From positions 12,097 through 76,096 of IMG/VR virus record IMGVR_UViG_2882828558_000007: a DNA stretch of 64,000 nucleotides, one strand, 5' to 3'. Both the position numbers and the translations under genes were made by a program. This stretch comes from a virus (Duplodnaviria > Caudoviricetes). A model generated the notes under the pieces. It was given only the letters and a program-made list of their open reading frames with translations. It was not told the DNA's origin and ran no database searches. The stretch's first letter is position 1. Each line of letters starts with the position of its first letter. Below are positions 29,797 to 37,765 of the stretch, piece by piece.

Positions 29797-31763
29797 CGAT
29801 AGGCCCCCCATCGCTCCCGCTTACGGCGAGGTGTCCGCTCCTTCGGCTTCCCGTCTCCGGGCACCTCCGTCGCGTTCTCCTGGCTTGGCGAATTGTCGTT
29901 CGCTGGCTTTTCTTCGGCCTTGCGGGATTGTCTGCGCGGCGTTTTATCAAGTTTGTTCGGTAGAGACATTCGTGCCGCCAGTGCCAGTACCAAGCAGTCC
30001 CACGCCTCATTTCGGGCGCCGGCCGTCTTGGTTTCCCATTTTCGCGTCGTTCTCCCGCCCACCGTCTTGGTGACCGCGTGCTCTGACGTCAGCTGCGTGA
30101 AGTAATCGGAGCTCAGCCCCACGGCCGGGAAGTGAATAGCCCGGGGCGTTGGATCGTCCTCGTTCGGAACGATTGCAAGACGAGACGAGATATCGTCTTT
30201 CGCCGTATCGACGCCGATGATGTACGGCTTGTCGCCGCTATTCTTCGTCCGGCTGGCCGTCTTTGGCCAAATCATGCGCGGAGCCTTTGGATCGCGATTT
30301 CCGCGACCGATGCACGCATATATTCGGCGACGCTTACGGTCTCGAGCGAACTTGTAGACCATCTCCGATCGGTGGCCCGCGCTATCGATGCAGGCGGCTT
30401 GCGCGAAGAGTTTGCGCCCGTCGTCGGTCTCGCACGGCTCTCGGATCAGTCTGTCGAACTCGTCCCATATGGCCAGCTTCGACGTGTCACCGTTGATCAC
30501 CTCGTGGCGAGCGACCCAGCTTTCTCCGTTGGCGCCCCAGGCAACAAACGTTGCCTCAATGCGATCATCCTGAGTGTCCGCCCCGACCGTAACCATAATG
30601 GCCCCGTCAGGTAGCGTCTCCCAGTTGTACGGCTCGCATCGGCTTCTCAGGACGTCTGGATCGGCAACATTCACGACTTCCTTGTGCGGCAAGCCGAGCA
30701 CGAGGTTGACGAACGTCTTCTTCCTCAGAGGGTCCTTGTAAGCCGCCAACCACTCGACGGCCAACGCTGCCCATGACGCATTTGGGAACAGGCTGTAGGC
30801 TGCCCAAATATGGAAGCCGGCATGTCCGACGGACGGCTTGTCAGCAATCCACTCCCCGCCGTTGATCATGGCGAGTTTGTCGTGCTCCTCAATGCGGCAA
30901 CCGTTCGCTTCGCAGCGGAAGTGTGCCGTTTCCGTCAGGTGGTTGCCGCCCTCATCCTTATCCCACTTGAAGTTTTCCCACTTCAGGCGCTGCTTCGTCC
31001 CGCAATGCGGGCATGGGACGTGGTAATGGCGCTGGTCGCTTTCCTCAAACGACTTCTCGATGCGGCTGATACCCTGCACCGTTGGCGTGCTGCCAAGGAT
31101 AATCTTGCGATTCCAGAACGTTTCTGTTCGCTTGGTGCCGAGCGAAATCTGATCGCCCTCATCGCCCGCGCCGTTGGCTGGATAGCCGTCGACCTCGTCA
31201 AACGCGACGATGCGGACCGTAATACGACGAAAACCGGCCGGGCTGTTCGCCCCAACGAAGGATACCGACGCGCCGTTGCGAAAGATGCGCTTGTCGACCT
31301 TCTGGTTCGCCGCCTTCGAGTTCAGATCGCCTGCGATTTCAGCCAGGACCGGCGTATCGCGCAGCATCGGCGCAATTTCCGTCTGGCTATAATCTCGAGC
31401 GTCGCTTTCCTTAGGCTGCACAATCAGGATAGGCGCTGGGTCCTGGTGGATGTAATATCCGACCATGTGATCCAGCATCTTTGTATAGCCCACTCGCGCG
31501 CTCTTCATGACCGTGATCTGACGAACAGTCGGATCGGTCACAGCGTCGAGCATTCCGTCCTGGTAACGGAAGGACTTGAATTTGCCAGTGTCTGCGCTGG
31601 TTTCGCGAGACAGGAATGCGTATGTGTTGGCCCACTGGCTGAGCGTGAGCTTGGGTGGCGGCTTTAGCGCTTCGCTACGGGCTCGGCGCAACCTCGTCAG
31701 CAGACGGGCCGAACCTGTGCTGTAGCGACTTGCGGAGTTCTCCGAAGTCTCTTTGCCCATCAT
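29793..31763 (-). CDS. Terminase large subunit (lambda gpA family)
   Basis: KSARVGYT, DEVDGYP, STPT, YHVPCPHCG, GADTQDDR, NEAWDC. Confidence 0.95.
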   Translation of the reverse strand: MMGKETSENSASRYSTGSARLLTRLRRARSEALKPPPKLTLSQWANTYAFLSRETSADTGKFKSFRYQDGMLDAVTDPTVRQITVMKSARVGYTKMLDHMVGYYIHQDPAPILIVQPKESDARDYSQTEIAPMLRDTPVLAEIAGDLNSKAANQKVDKRIFRNGASVSFVGANSPAGFRRITVRIVAFDEVDGYPANGAGDEGDQISLGTKRTETFWNRKIILGSTPTVQGISRIEKSFEESDQRHYHVPCPHCGTKQRLKWENFKWDKDEGGNHLTETAHFRCEANGCRIEEHDKLAMINGGEWIADKPSVGHAGFHIWAAYSLFPNASWAALAVEWLAAYKDPLRKKTFVNLVLGLPHKEVVNVADPDVLRSRCEPYNWETLPDGAIMVTVGADTQDDRIEATFVAWGANGESWVARHEVINGDTSKLAIWDEFDRLIREPCETDDGRKLFAQAACIDSAGHRSEMVYKFARDRKRRRIYACIGRGNRDPKAPRMIWPKTASRTKNSGDKPYIIGVDTAKDDISSRLAIVPNEDDPTPRAIHFPAVGLSSDYFTQLTSEHAVTKTVGGRTTRKWETKTAGARNEAWDCLVLALAARMSLPNKLDKTPRRQSRKAEEKPANDNSPSQENATEVPGDGKPKERTPRRKRERWGAYR

Positions 31764-32292
31764 CAATCGCCAACTCGTTCAATGCGGCAATCACTTCCTC
31801 GTCGATGATGGCCTTAATCTCTTCGGCCGACTTCAAAACGGCAGCCGAAGGCGCCACTTTAGAGCCGATACCCAGAAGCCTGTTCCTAACAACTGCGTAT
31901 TCGCTGGCCACCGCCACGATTACGTCCTCGATTTCCACGACTGCGCCGCTTTCGCGCTCGAATTCGAGCTGGCGAAGAAGGGCAGCGTAGTTTTCTTTAA
32001 TGCGCTCGGCCTCAGCCTTCGACCACTTTGCGCCGCCCGGTGCGGACACCAGTTCTTCGGCGGCGGCTTCAAGGCTTGTAGTGTCCGCGACTACGTCCGC
32101 GCCCCGATCCGTTGCGGACACAGGATGCTCCCCGCCCCGCCAATCCAGATCCAGATACCGAGGATCGATTGTGCCGTCGGCCAAAAGCTTGATATGCTCG
32201 GACTTCACCTTCCTGCGGACGACCTTGTCATCGCAGCCGGCGCGGCGGGCAAACTCCCGAATTGAAATCCCAAGAGCCATGCCCGCGGACAC
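31675..32292 (-). CDS. Terminase small subunit
   Basis: N-terminal HTH (SIREFARRAG), coiled coil, overlaps terL. Confidence 0.8.
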   Translation of the reverse strand: MSAGMALGISIREFARRAGCDDKVVRRKVKSEHIKLLADGTIDPRYLDLDWRGGEHPVSATDRGADVVADTTSLEAAAEELVSAPGGAKWSKAEAERIKENYAALLRQLEFERESGAVVEIEDVIVAVASEYAVVRNRLLGIGSKVAPSAAVLKSAEEIKAIIDEEVIAALNELAIDDGQRDFGELRKSLQHRFGPSADEVAPSP

Positions 32293-32401
32293 CTTTTCAA
32301 ACTACCCGATGTGGCGAAGCCGAGGCGTTCGCGCCCGCTGTGCTATATTTGCAACACACGGTCCCTATGATGGGGGTGCGTTGCAAATATGTAACATCTG
32401 C

Positions 32402-33178
32402 CTAGCCTGCGCGTACGAACTTGGATGGGTCGTTGTCATTTGATGGCTGCGGAGCGATCACTTCGACCACGCGCCATCCGCCACGCACTGTGCCCATCCT
32501 AAGCTTGGCCAAGTTGCTGGAGTTTCCGCTGGTCAGTCTGCCGGATTTAACCATGTAACTCTGGCGCGCAGTTATCCTCTCGCCAGAATTCACATTCTCA
32601 TAGACGCGCTCAACCCAGTCTCGAACCGGAACTTTTTTACTGTTAGCGTTCCTCGAGCATTTGGCCGACTGCCGCGCCTCAAACTCCCGCCTGGTCATCT
32701 TCGTTAACGACCAGCCGCCAGTCACACGGGACGCATCCCGCACGATGTAGTTAACGCGATCACGATTGATGCCGGAGTAATCAGAGAACTCAAAGCGAGT
32801 GCCAGCGAACAGGTCGCCATCAATGTGGTGGAACTCGTAGATGGTTAAGTCGACGTTCGTCGCGCCCCACCCCTTATTGGACGCAGCCCACTTCCTGCGC
32901 GCCAGCCCGTAACTCTTCCGTGCGCGGTTCAATTCGTATCGCGGGCACTTACTCATCATAATGAGCGCCGCCCATGCATCTCGCCCACCGTGAATATGGG
33001 CGAGCAGCAAATGCGCAAAGTAGTGATCCTCTGGCGTCAAACGAATGAGGTTGTGGTGGTTATCTCCGCCACCCATCCAGCGAGGCACGATGTGATGCAT
33101 CTCGGTCACATCTGTGTCGTCGGGAGGGTTCTCGCGACGATCCTTAAGGAAATCTAGATAAACCCTACGGTACTCCAT
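32402..33178 (-). CDS. HNH endonuclease (homing-type)
   Basis: EMHHIVPRWMGG.D...NLIRLTPEDHYFAH. Confidence 0.8.
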   Translation of the reverse strand: MEYRRVYLDFLKDRRENPPDDTDVTEMHHIVPRWMGGGDNHHNLIRLTPEDHYFAHLLLAHIHGGRDAWAALIMMSKCPRYELNRARKSYGLARRKWAASNKGWGATNVDLTIYEFHHIDGDLFAGTRFEFSDYSGINRDRVNYIVRDASRVTGGWSLTKMTRREFEARQSAKCSRNANSKKVPVRDWVERVYENVNSGERITARQSYMVKSGRLTSGNSSNLAKLRMGTVRGGWRVVEVIAPQPSNDNDPSKFVRAG

Positions 33179-33283
33179 GGTCTCGACTCCATGTCGACCT
33201 CATGGAAATGGCGAGGAGCAATGAAGCCCCTCGCCACCACAACGACTTGCGAGAGGTCGAGAATCGCAAGTGTTCAGTTTTTC

Positions 33284-33850
33284 TTAGGAAAGCGCCCCAC
33301 CAGCCAACCTGCGCAGGTAGTGCGTGACGCGCACATCAAGCGCGTCCTTGCCCCTATCGAAGGTTGCAGCCGTGTTGCCCGTGGTCGCTTCGGTCGGCAG
33401 GACCACGTCGGACTTGACGACCTGGAACTTGTTCCCAACACGCCGGAACACCTGACCGTTCCAGTTGCCCTTGACCACGCGGTTGGGCCACCATCCGGCC
33501 TTCATGAACGTGCCGGCAAAGACCTGACGCTGATTACGGGGCGCTGCGCTCACACCCTTCCGGGTCTCGCGCGCCTTGAAATACTTGAGCCTGATCTCAC
33601 CGCCCTTGACGGGGATCTCGTAGGCCAGCGTCGCAGGCGTGGACCGTATGCGCTTCTTGACCGCCTTGGCGCCCACTCGCTTGGCGAGGCCCGACTGGTC
33701 AGCCAGCGCCCTGCCCGTGGCAGTGGCAGCCTTGGCGCCCGTATCGTTGATTGCGCGGCTGTAGATCGTGCGAGCCTTGCTGTCGCCGAGTTCACGAGCA
33801 AGCTGCGTGAAGCGGCGTACGCCGTCGCCTGTGATCGATACGACTAGCAT
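33284..33850 (-). CDS. Phage morphogenesis protein (lambda gpZ-like)
   Basis: SRAIN.T, Basic, position before terS. Confidence 0.55.
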   Translation of the reverse strand: MLVVSITGDGVRRFTQLARELGDSKARTIYSRAINDTGAKAATATGRALADQSGLAKRVGAKAVKKRIRSTPATLAYEIPVKGGEIRLKYFKARETRKGVSAAPRNQRQVFAGTFMKAGWWPNRVVKGNWNGQVFRRVGNKFQVVKSDVVLPTEATTGNTAATFDRGKDALDVRVTHYLRRLAGGALS

Positions 33851-33865
33851 GGTGGTGCCTGCAGC

Positions 33866-33941
33866 TGGTTGCGGAGCCCCGGAGTCGAACCGGGTGTCTC
33901 GTGGTTATGAGCCACGCGAGATACCGTTTCTCTAGCCCGCA
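33866..33941 (-). tRNA. tRNA with CAT anticodon (Met or lysidine-Ile)
   Basis: D arm GAGA/TCTC, anticodon arm CGTGG-CTCATAA-CCACG, T arm CCCGG-TTCGACT-CCGGG, encoded 3' CCA. Confidence 0.85.
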
Positions 33942-34650
33942 GAGTAAGCGCACCACGAACGCCCGGTGCCGGGAGAGCGCATGTAGCGCTGAAACCAAAA
34001 GCGGCTGGGAGCAAGACGCGGTTTATCTATCCGCCGCTCAACCAGCCGCACGATCGCCATGTCGCGAGAGGAGGCGCGCCACAGCAATAAGATGCCCAAC
34101 GGAATGCCGCGTCCAAGCCGCTGGCATCTAGCCGTAGATGGGCAAAGGAAGACGACACGGCAGACCTCACAGGCTGCACTGCGCTCGGGTTGCGATCCCG
34201 TGCCGGATAGCGTGTCGACTGATCAGCAGGCGGCTCCCATACGGTGGGCCTTTGGGTATCCGGGCTTATGCTTCCGCGACCGGACCTGCCAGATAACGAC
34301 GAAGCGCACCGTTGCTACGCCCGTGGGCGAGACTGCCGTGTTGGTCGCTTCGTCATGCGAAGATGGACACACGCGCAAGTCAACGTGCATCGGTCGAGTG
34401 GCGTCCGCGCTTGCACTGCGGCTGATAGCCTATGGCCGCAACCATCACTGGTCGGCAGCATCTTCGCATAGCAAGGAACGGGCGGGCTTCCCCATCCTTC
34501 TCAGGAGTTACAATTTCCTGCCTTGCCAATAGTTACCCGTCGCTCAGAGGCAGCAACTAAGTGCAGCATGTCAACGGGGCGCCCTCGGGCGCGTGGATGT
34601 GGGAAGCAATGCTATCCCTTCAATTAGTACGCACCCACGCGCCACGAAAT

Positions 34651-35577
34651 TTATGCCGCTCGCAATTTTCTTCCTTGGTCGATCGAAACGAGGATTTCAG
34701 CCAGCTCGACCAGTGCGGCCTTGCCCGCCTCAAGTGCTTCCGACTCCTTGAAGCCCAGTCGCAAACCGATCGACTTCAAGTTCCCGCGCGCCGCCACTTC
34801 GTCGATGATCCCGGCCGCATCACTGCCGCGCTCTTCCGGCGCTTCCCACATGACAGCACCGCTTGACGAATTGCCTGTCGGGCTGCACACGCCGCCCATG
34901 AACGACGCGCCCTCTGCTACGGCATCAGGACCGAGCCGTGCCGCATGCGGCAGCTGCCCTGCCGGGACGCCGCCATCCACGCCGTGGGCCTGCAGCTCCT
35001 TCCTGGCTGCCTCAACACCCGGCAGCGGGTCATACATCGGCGCGAGCGCCGGAAGGCCTGAGAAGTCACGATGGCAGTGCGCTGCGTGCATCGGCGATGG
35101 CGTTGTGGCCTTCGTCGCAAGGTAGAGCCAAGGCGTGCGTTCCTTGCTGGTCTTCTTCTCGGTGCTGCGCGCCCTATCCGTCGGTTTGAGCTTCTTGCCC
35201 TTCTTCGTGACACCCCACTCTGTAAGCCTGCCGTGCAGGAACTTCAGGCTGCCGATCTCGGTGCGGCCCTTGCTCGTGTGGGCCACAGGAAGCACGTTGC
35301 CTTCCTTGTCATGCGACGCTGCCATGATCTCGCCGATGGTCGGGCGGATTTCCTGCCTCGTCGGCTCGACATCGACGAACCAGTTCGCTGCAGGTCGAGG
35401 AAGGGCGGCGGCGAGCGCCGGAGCGAGTTCAGGGTGGTTGTCGTACAGCCAGCGAAGAGCGGGCAGCGTCCCGCGGTATCTCGGGTTCTGTGGCTTGTTG
35501 TCGTTCGCGGCTTTGAGCGGCTTCGGCGGGGCGTTGATGGCAGCGTGTAGCTGCTCGGCCAATGAACCTCTTCTCAT
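34651..35577 (-). CDS. Hypothetical protein at the late-regulator position
   Basis: GAGGAG RBS, own promoter, C-terminal HTH-like helix; immediately before the late operon. Confidence 0.65.
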   Translation of the reverse strand: MRRGSLAEQLHAAINAPPKPLKAANDNKPQNPRYRGTLPALRWLYDNHPELAPALAAALPRPAANWFVDVEPTRQEIRPTIGEIMAASHDKEGNVLPVAHTSKGRTEIGSLKFLHGRLTEWGVTKKGKKLKPTDRARSTEKKTSKERTPWLYLATKATTPSPMHAAHCHRDFSGLPALAPMYDPLPGVEAARKELQAHGVDGGVPAGQLPHAARLGPDAVAEGASFMGGVCSPTGNSSSGAVMWEAPEERGSDAAGIIDEVAARGNLKSIGLRLGFKESEALEAGKAALVELAEILVSIDQGRKLRAA

Positions 35578-35616
35578 GCTGTCTCCTCGATGCCGGCAGG
35601 GTGTGGTGGTAACAAA

Positions 35617-35645
35617 AATATAGTCCAAATTTACAAATTTGTCAA
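35617..35645 (-). promoter_or_regulatory. Promoter with 16-bp operator-like dyad
   Basis: TTGACA-17-TATATT; dyad at 35630-35645. Confidence 0.8.
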
Positions 35646-36130
35646 GGCGAGTTAGCGGCAAGCCAACCGCGCACCAGCGCGACAGCCTTGTCGGCTGCCT
35701 CACCGACACTTGCGAACCGCACGACCTCGACGTGGTGCCCAAGCCGGGCCAGCGCCGCATGCCGATCGACCTGCGCTGGAGACAGCCTGCCTTTACCGAC
35801 CTTGTTCTCAAACATGCGCAGACGGCCACCAGAGAGGTAAACGCGCACGTCGGCCTCACCGGGCGTCATGCCGGCGGCAATCGCTTCCTGCTGCGCCCTG
35901 GGGCCGCGCTTGGCGCTGTTCTGGTCGCCAGCCAGCAGGAACTGCTTTCCGTACTCCGGCATAGCGCGCAGGGCGCGGATCTGCGCCGCCTGGCCTTCCC
36001 ACTCCTTCGGCGGGGCGTCGGTGATGGTCACCTTACCGTTGGCGGTGGTGATCTTGACCCGCTTGCCGTTGACGCGGGTCGTCTGCGTCTGCCGGGTGCG
36101 GTTGCTGGCGCTTGTGCTGCTGGCTGCCAT
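35642..36130 (-). CDS. VRR-NUC family nuclease
   Basis: GM..GEAD...Y, FENKVGKGRLSPAQ..H..L..LG. Confidence 0.8.
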   Translation of the reverse strand: MAASSTSASNRTRQTQTTRVNGKRVKITTANGKVTITDAPPKEWEGQAAQIRALRAMPEYGKQFLLAGDQNSAKRGPRAQQEAIAAGMTPGEADVRVYLSGGRLRMFENKVGKGRLSPAQVDRHAALARLGHHVEVVRFASVGEAADKAVALVRGWLAANSP

Positions 36131-36138
36131 GGGGATCT

Positions 36139-36380
36139 CCTCGGTGGTGGTAGGGGTGGTTATAGGTGGTGGTGTTTTGAGGTGGCTATCCGCTACCCTC
36201 CTCCACTCCACCACACCACCCTCCACACTAAAGTGTAGGAGGTGGTGGTGGGAGGTGGATTCAATGCGTCGTGGTGTGACTTTCACACCACCTCAAAAAC
36301 GAGGTGGTTAGAGGTGGTTGAGGTGGCTAGTTTTGGCCTCTTTCACACCACCTCAAAAGCAAGGTGGTGGGTGGTGGTTC
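36139..36380. repeat. GAGGTGG/CCACC-rich iterated and inverted repeats, candidate replication origin
   Basis: TTTCACACCACCTCAAAA twice (about 36281 and 36341); many GAGGTGG copies; hairpins. Confidence 0.6.
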
Positions 36381-36972
36381 AGGCTGCTCTTGCGAATTCT
36401 CCGTGGTGCTCTTCGACGGCTTTCAGGTATGCTTCATGGGCTTCCTCTGACTTATCGAAGTATCCTAGGCAAACCTTTGCGCCACCAATCCTGATGTCGG
36501 CCCGCCACTTTCCCTCTGCCTTGTGCCAGCTGACGCCCTTGAAGCCAGACGTGTTATTCGATTTCATATCCGTGTTCATTTGGTTCTGGCTGTTCGTCGC
36601 TACGCGCAGATTGTCCCACCTGTTGTCGGACCTGTTTCGGTTCTTATGATCTATGAAAACTTCGGGAATGGTGCCGGTCATATATAGGAAGGCTAGGCGG
36701 TGGGCTGCATACCTTCCCCCGTCCACTCCGATGTGGATGTATCCATCCCTTGTTAACTTGCCTGCGCGGTCTCCAGCTCGAACTCGCAGACGGTCGACGC
36801 GCCATGTGAAAATCCCGCTATTCGGATCGTAGAACAGAAGGGACCTAAGCCGATCTGATGTTAGCGGTCCCTCGTGGCGACGATCGAGGTGCGGCCTTCC
36901 TCTCACCTCGACAACGGCATATCCGGGCAACGGCGAATACTTCTCGATGATTGATTTGATGGCGTGGTGCAT
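36379..36972 (-). CDS. HNH-AP2 homing endonuclease
   Basis: AHRLAFLYM, IDHKNRNRSDNRW.NLR, NTSGFKGVSW, LGYFD..EEA..AY. Confidence 0.9.
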   Translation of the reverse strand: MHHAIKSIIEKYSPLPGYAVVEVRGRPHLDRRHEGPLTSDRLRSLLFYDPNSGIFTWRVDRLRVRAGDRAGKLTRDGYIHIGVDGGRYAAHRLAFLYMTGTIPEVFIDHKNRNRSDNRWDNLRVATNSQNQMNTDMKSNNTSGFKGVSWHKAEGKWRADIRIGGAKVCLGYFDKSEEAHEAYLKAVEEHHGEFARAA

Positions 36973-37187
36973 CACCTGCTCTCCTTGCTGTGTGGCCAAT
37001 CGGCGGGGCGGTAGCCCTCGTCATAAGCGGTCATGAGTAGGGCGACGTGCGTGGGGACTGGGCGCGGGTTCTTGGCGCGCTCATAGGTGCTGATCGTCAA
37101 TGGCGCTTCGTAGCGCAGAACGCGCGCAAGCTGGGCCTGCGTGAGGCCCAGCCATTGACGGATCGTGCGGAACTGAGTGTTGGTCAT
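36972..37187 (-). CDS. XRE-family HTH protein
   Basis: FRTIRQWLGLTQAQLA....TISTYER. Confidence 0.8.
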   Translation of the reverse strand: MTNTQFRTIRQWLGLTQAQLARVLRYEAPLTISTYERAKNPRPVPTHVALLMTAYDEGYRPADWPHSKESR

Positions 37188-37188
37188 G

Positions 37189-37443
37189 CTATCCTCGTCG
37201 CCAATGCGGGCCGAAAGTCTTGCGCATCATGTAGTCGTCGTAGATCAGTTCTTGAGCCCTGCTGATGATCAAGGGCGCATAGCTGCGAGGCAATTGCTTG
37301 CCGTCGATGTCGAGAGCCACATCGCCTAGCCGAGCGCTTGTCACCCCCGACTTTTTTAGGTCCTCAATGCGCTCTAGGCCTTGGTCGCGAAGCATGTTTC
37401 CAACCCATGTTTCGCTCGCCATAACGCCGGCTGGCGCCGCCAT
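37189..37443 (-). CDS. Hypothetical protein
   Basis: Coupled ORF in three-gene cassette. Confidence 0.55.
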   Translation of the reverse strand: MAAPAGVMASETWVGNMLRDQGLERIEDLKKSGVTSARLGDVALDIDGKQLPRSYAPLIISRAQELIYDDYMMRKTFGPHWRRG

Positions 37444-37652
37444 TACGCCGCCTCCTTCGCCATTGCTTCGAGGATGTAGTTAGCTTCGTCGTTAGCGAGG
37501 AAGATGAGATAATCTTCATCATGGCGAGCCTGAGCGATTAGGCCTTCAACGGCAAACTGTGTTGCCACGTCGATGTTGAAAGTGCGGTTCTGGAAAATCT
37601 GGTAGGCCTTGTAGGCTTCTGCGTACTTGGCGAGCGCTTCAATCTTGGTCAT
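37443..37652 (-). CDS. Hypothetical protein
   Basis: GAGGAG RBS; AT-rich promoter at about 37690-37722. Confidence 0.65.
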   Translation of the reverse strand: MTKIEALAKYAEAYKAYQIFQNRTFNIDVATQFAVEGLIAQARHDEDYLIFLANDEANYILEAMAKEAA

Positions 37653-37732
37653 CTCAATCTCCTCGGTGGTGGTAGCGGCGTTGGTGATTATTTATATATG
37701 CCAAATATCCTAGTAAGTCAATAAGCCTACCA

Positions 37733-37765
37733 AAGAAAAAGGGGCCGAAGCCCCTCTTTTTTGTT
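37733..37765. terminator. Rho-independent terminator after primase-helicase
   Basis: AGGGG/CCCCT stem flanked by A and T runs. Confidence 0.6.
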
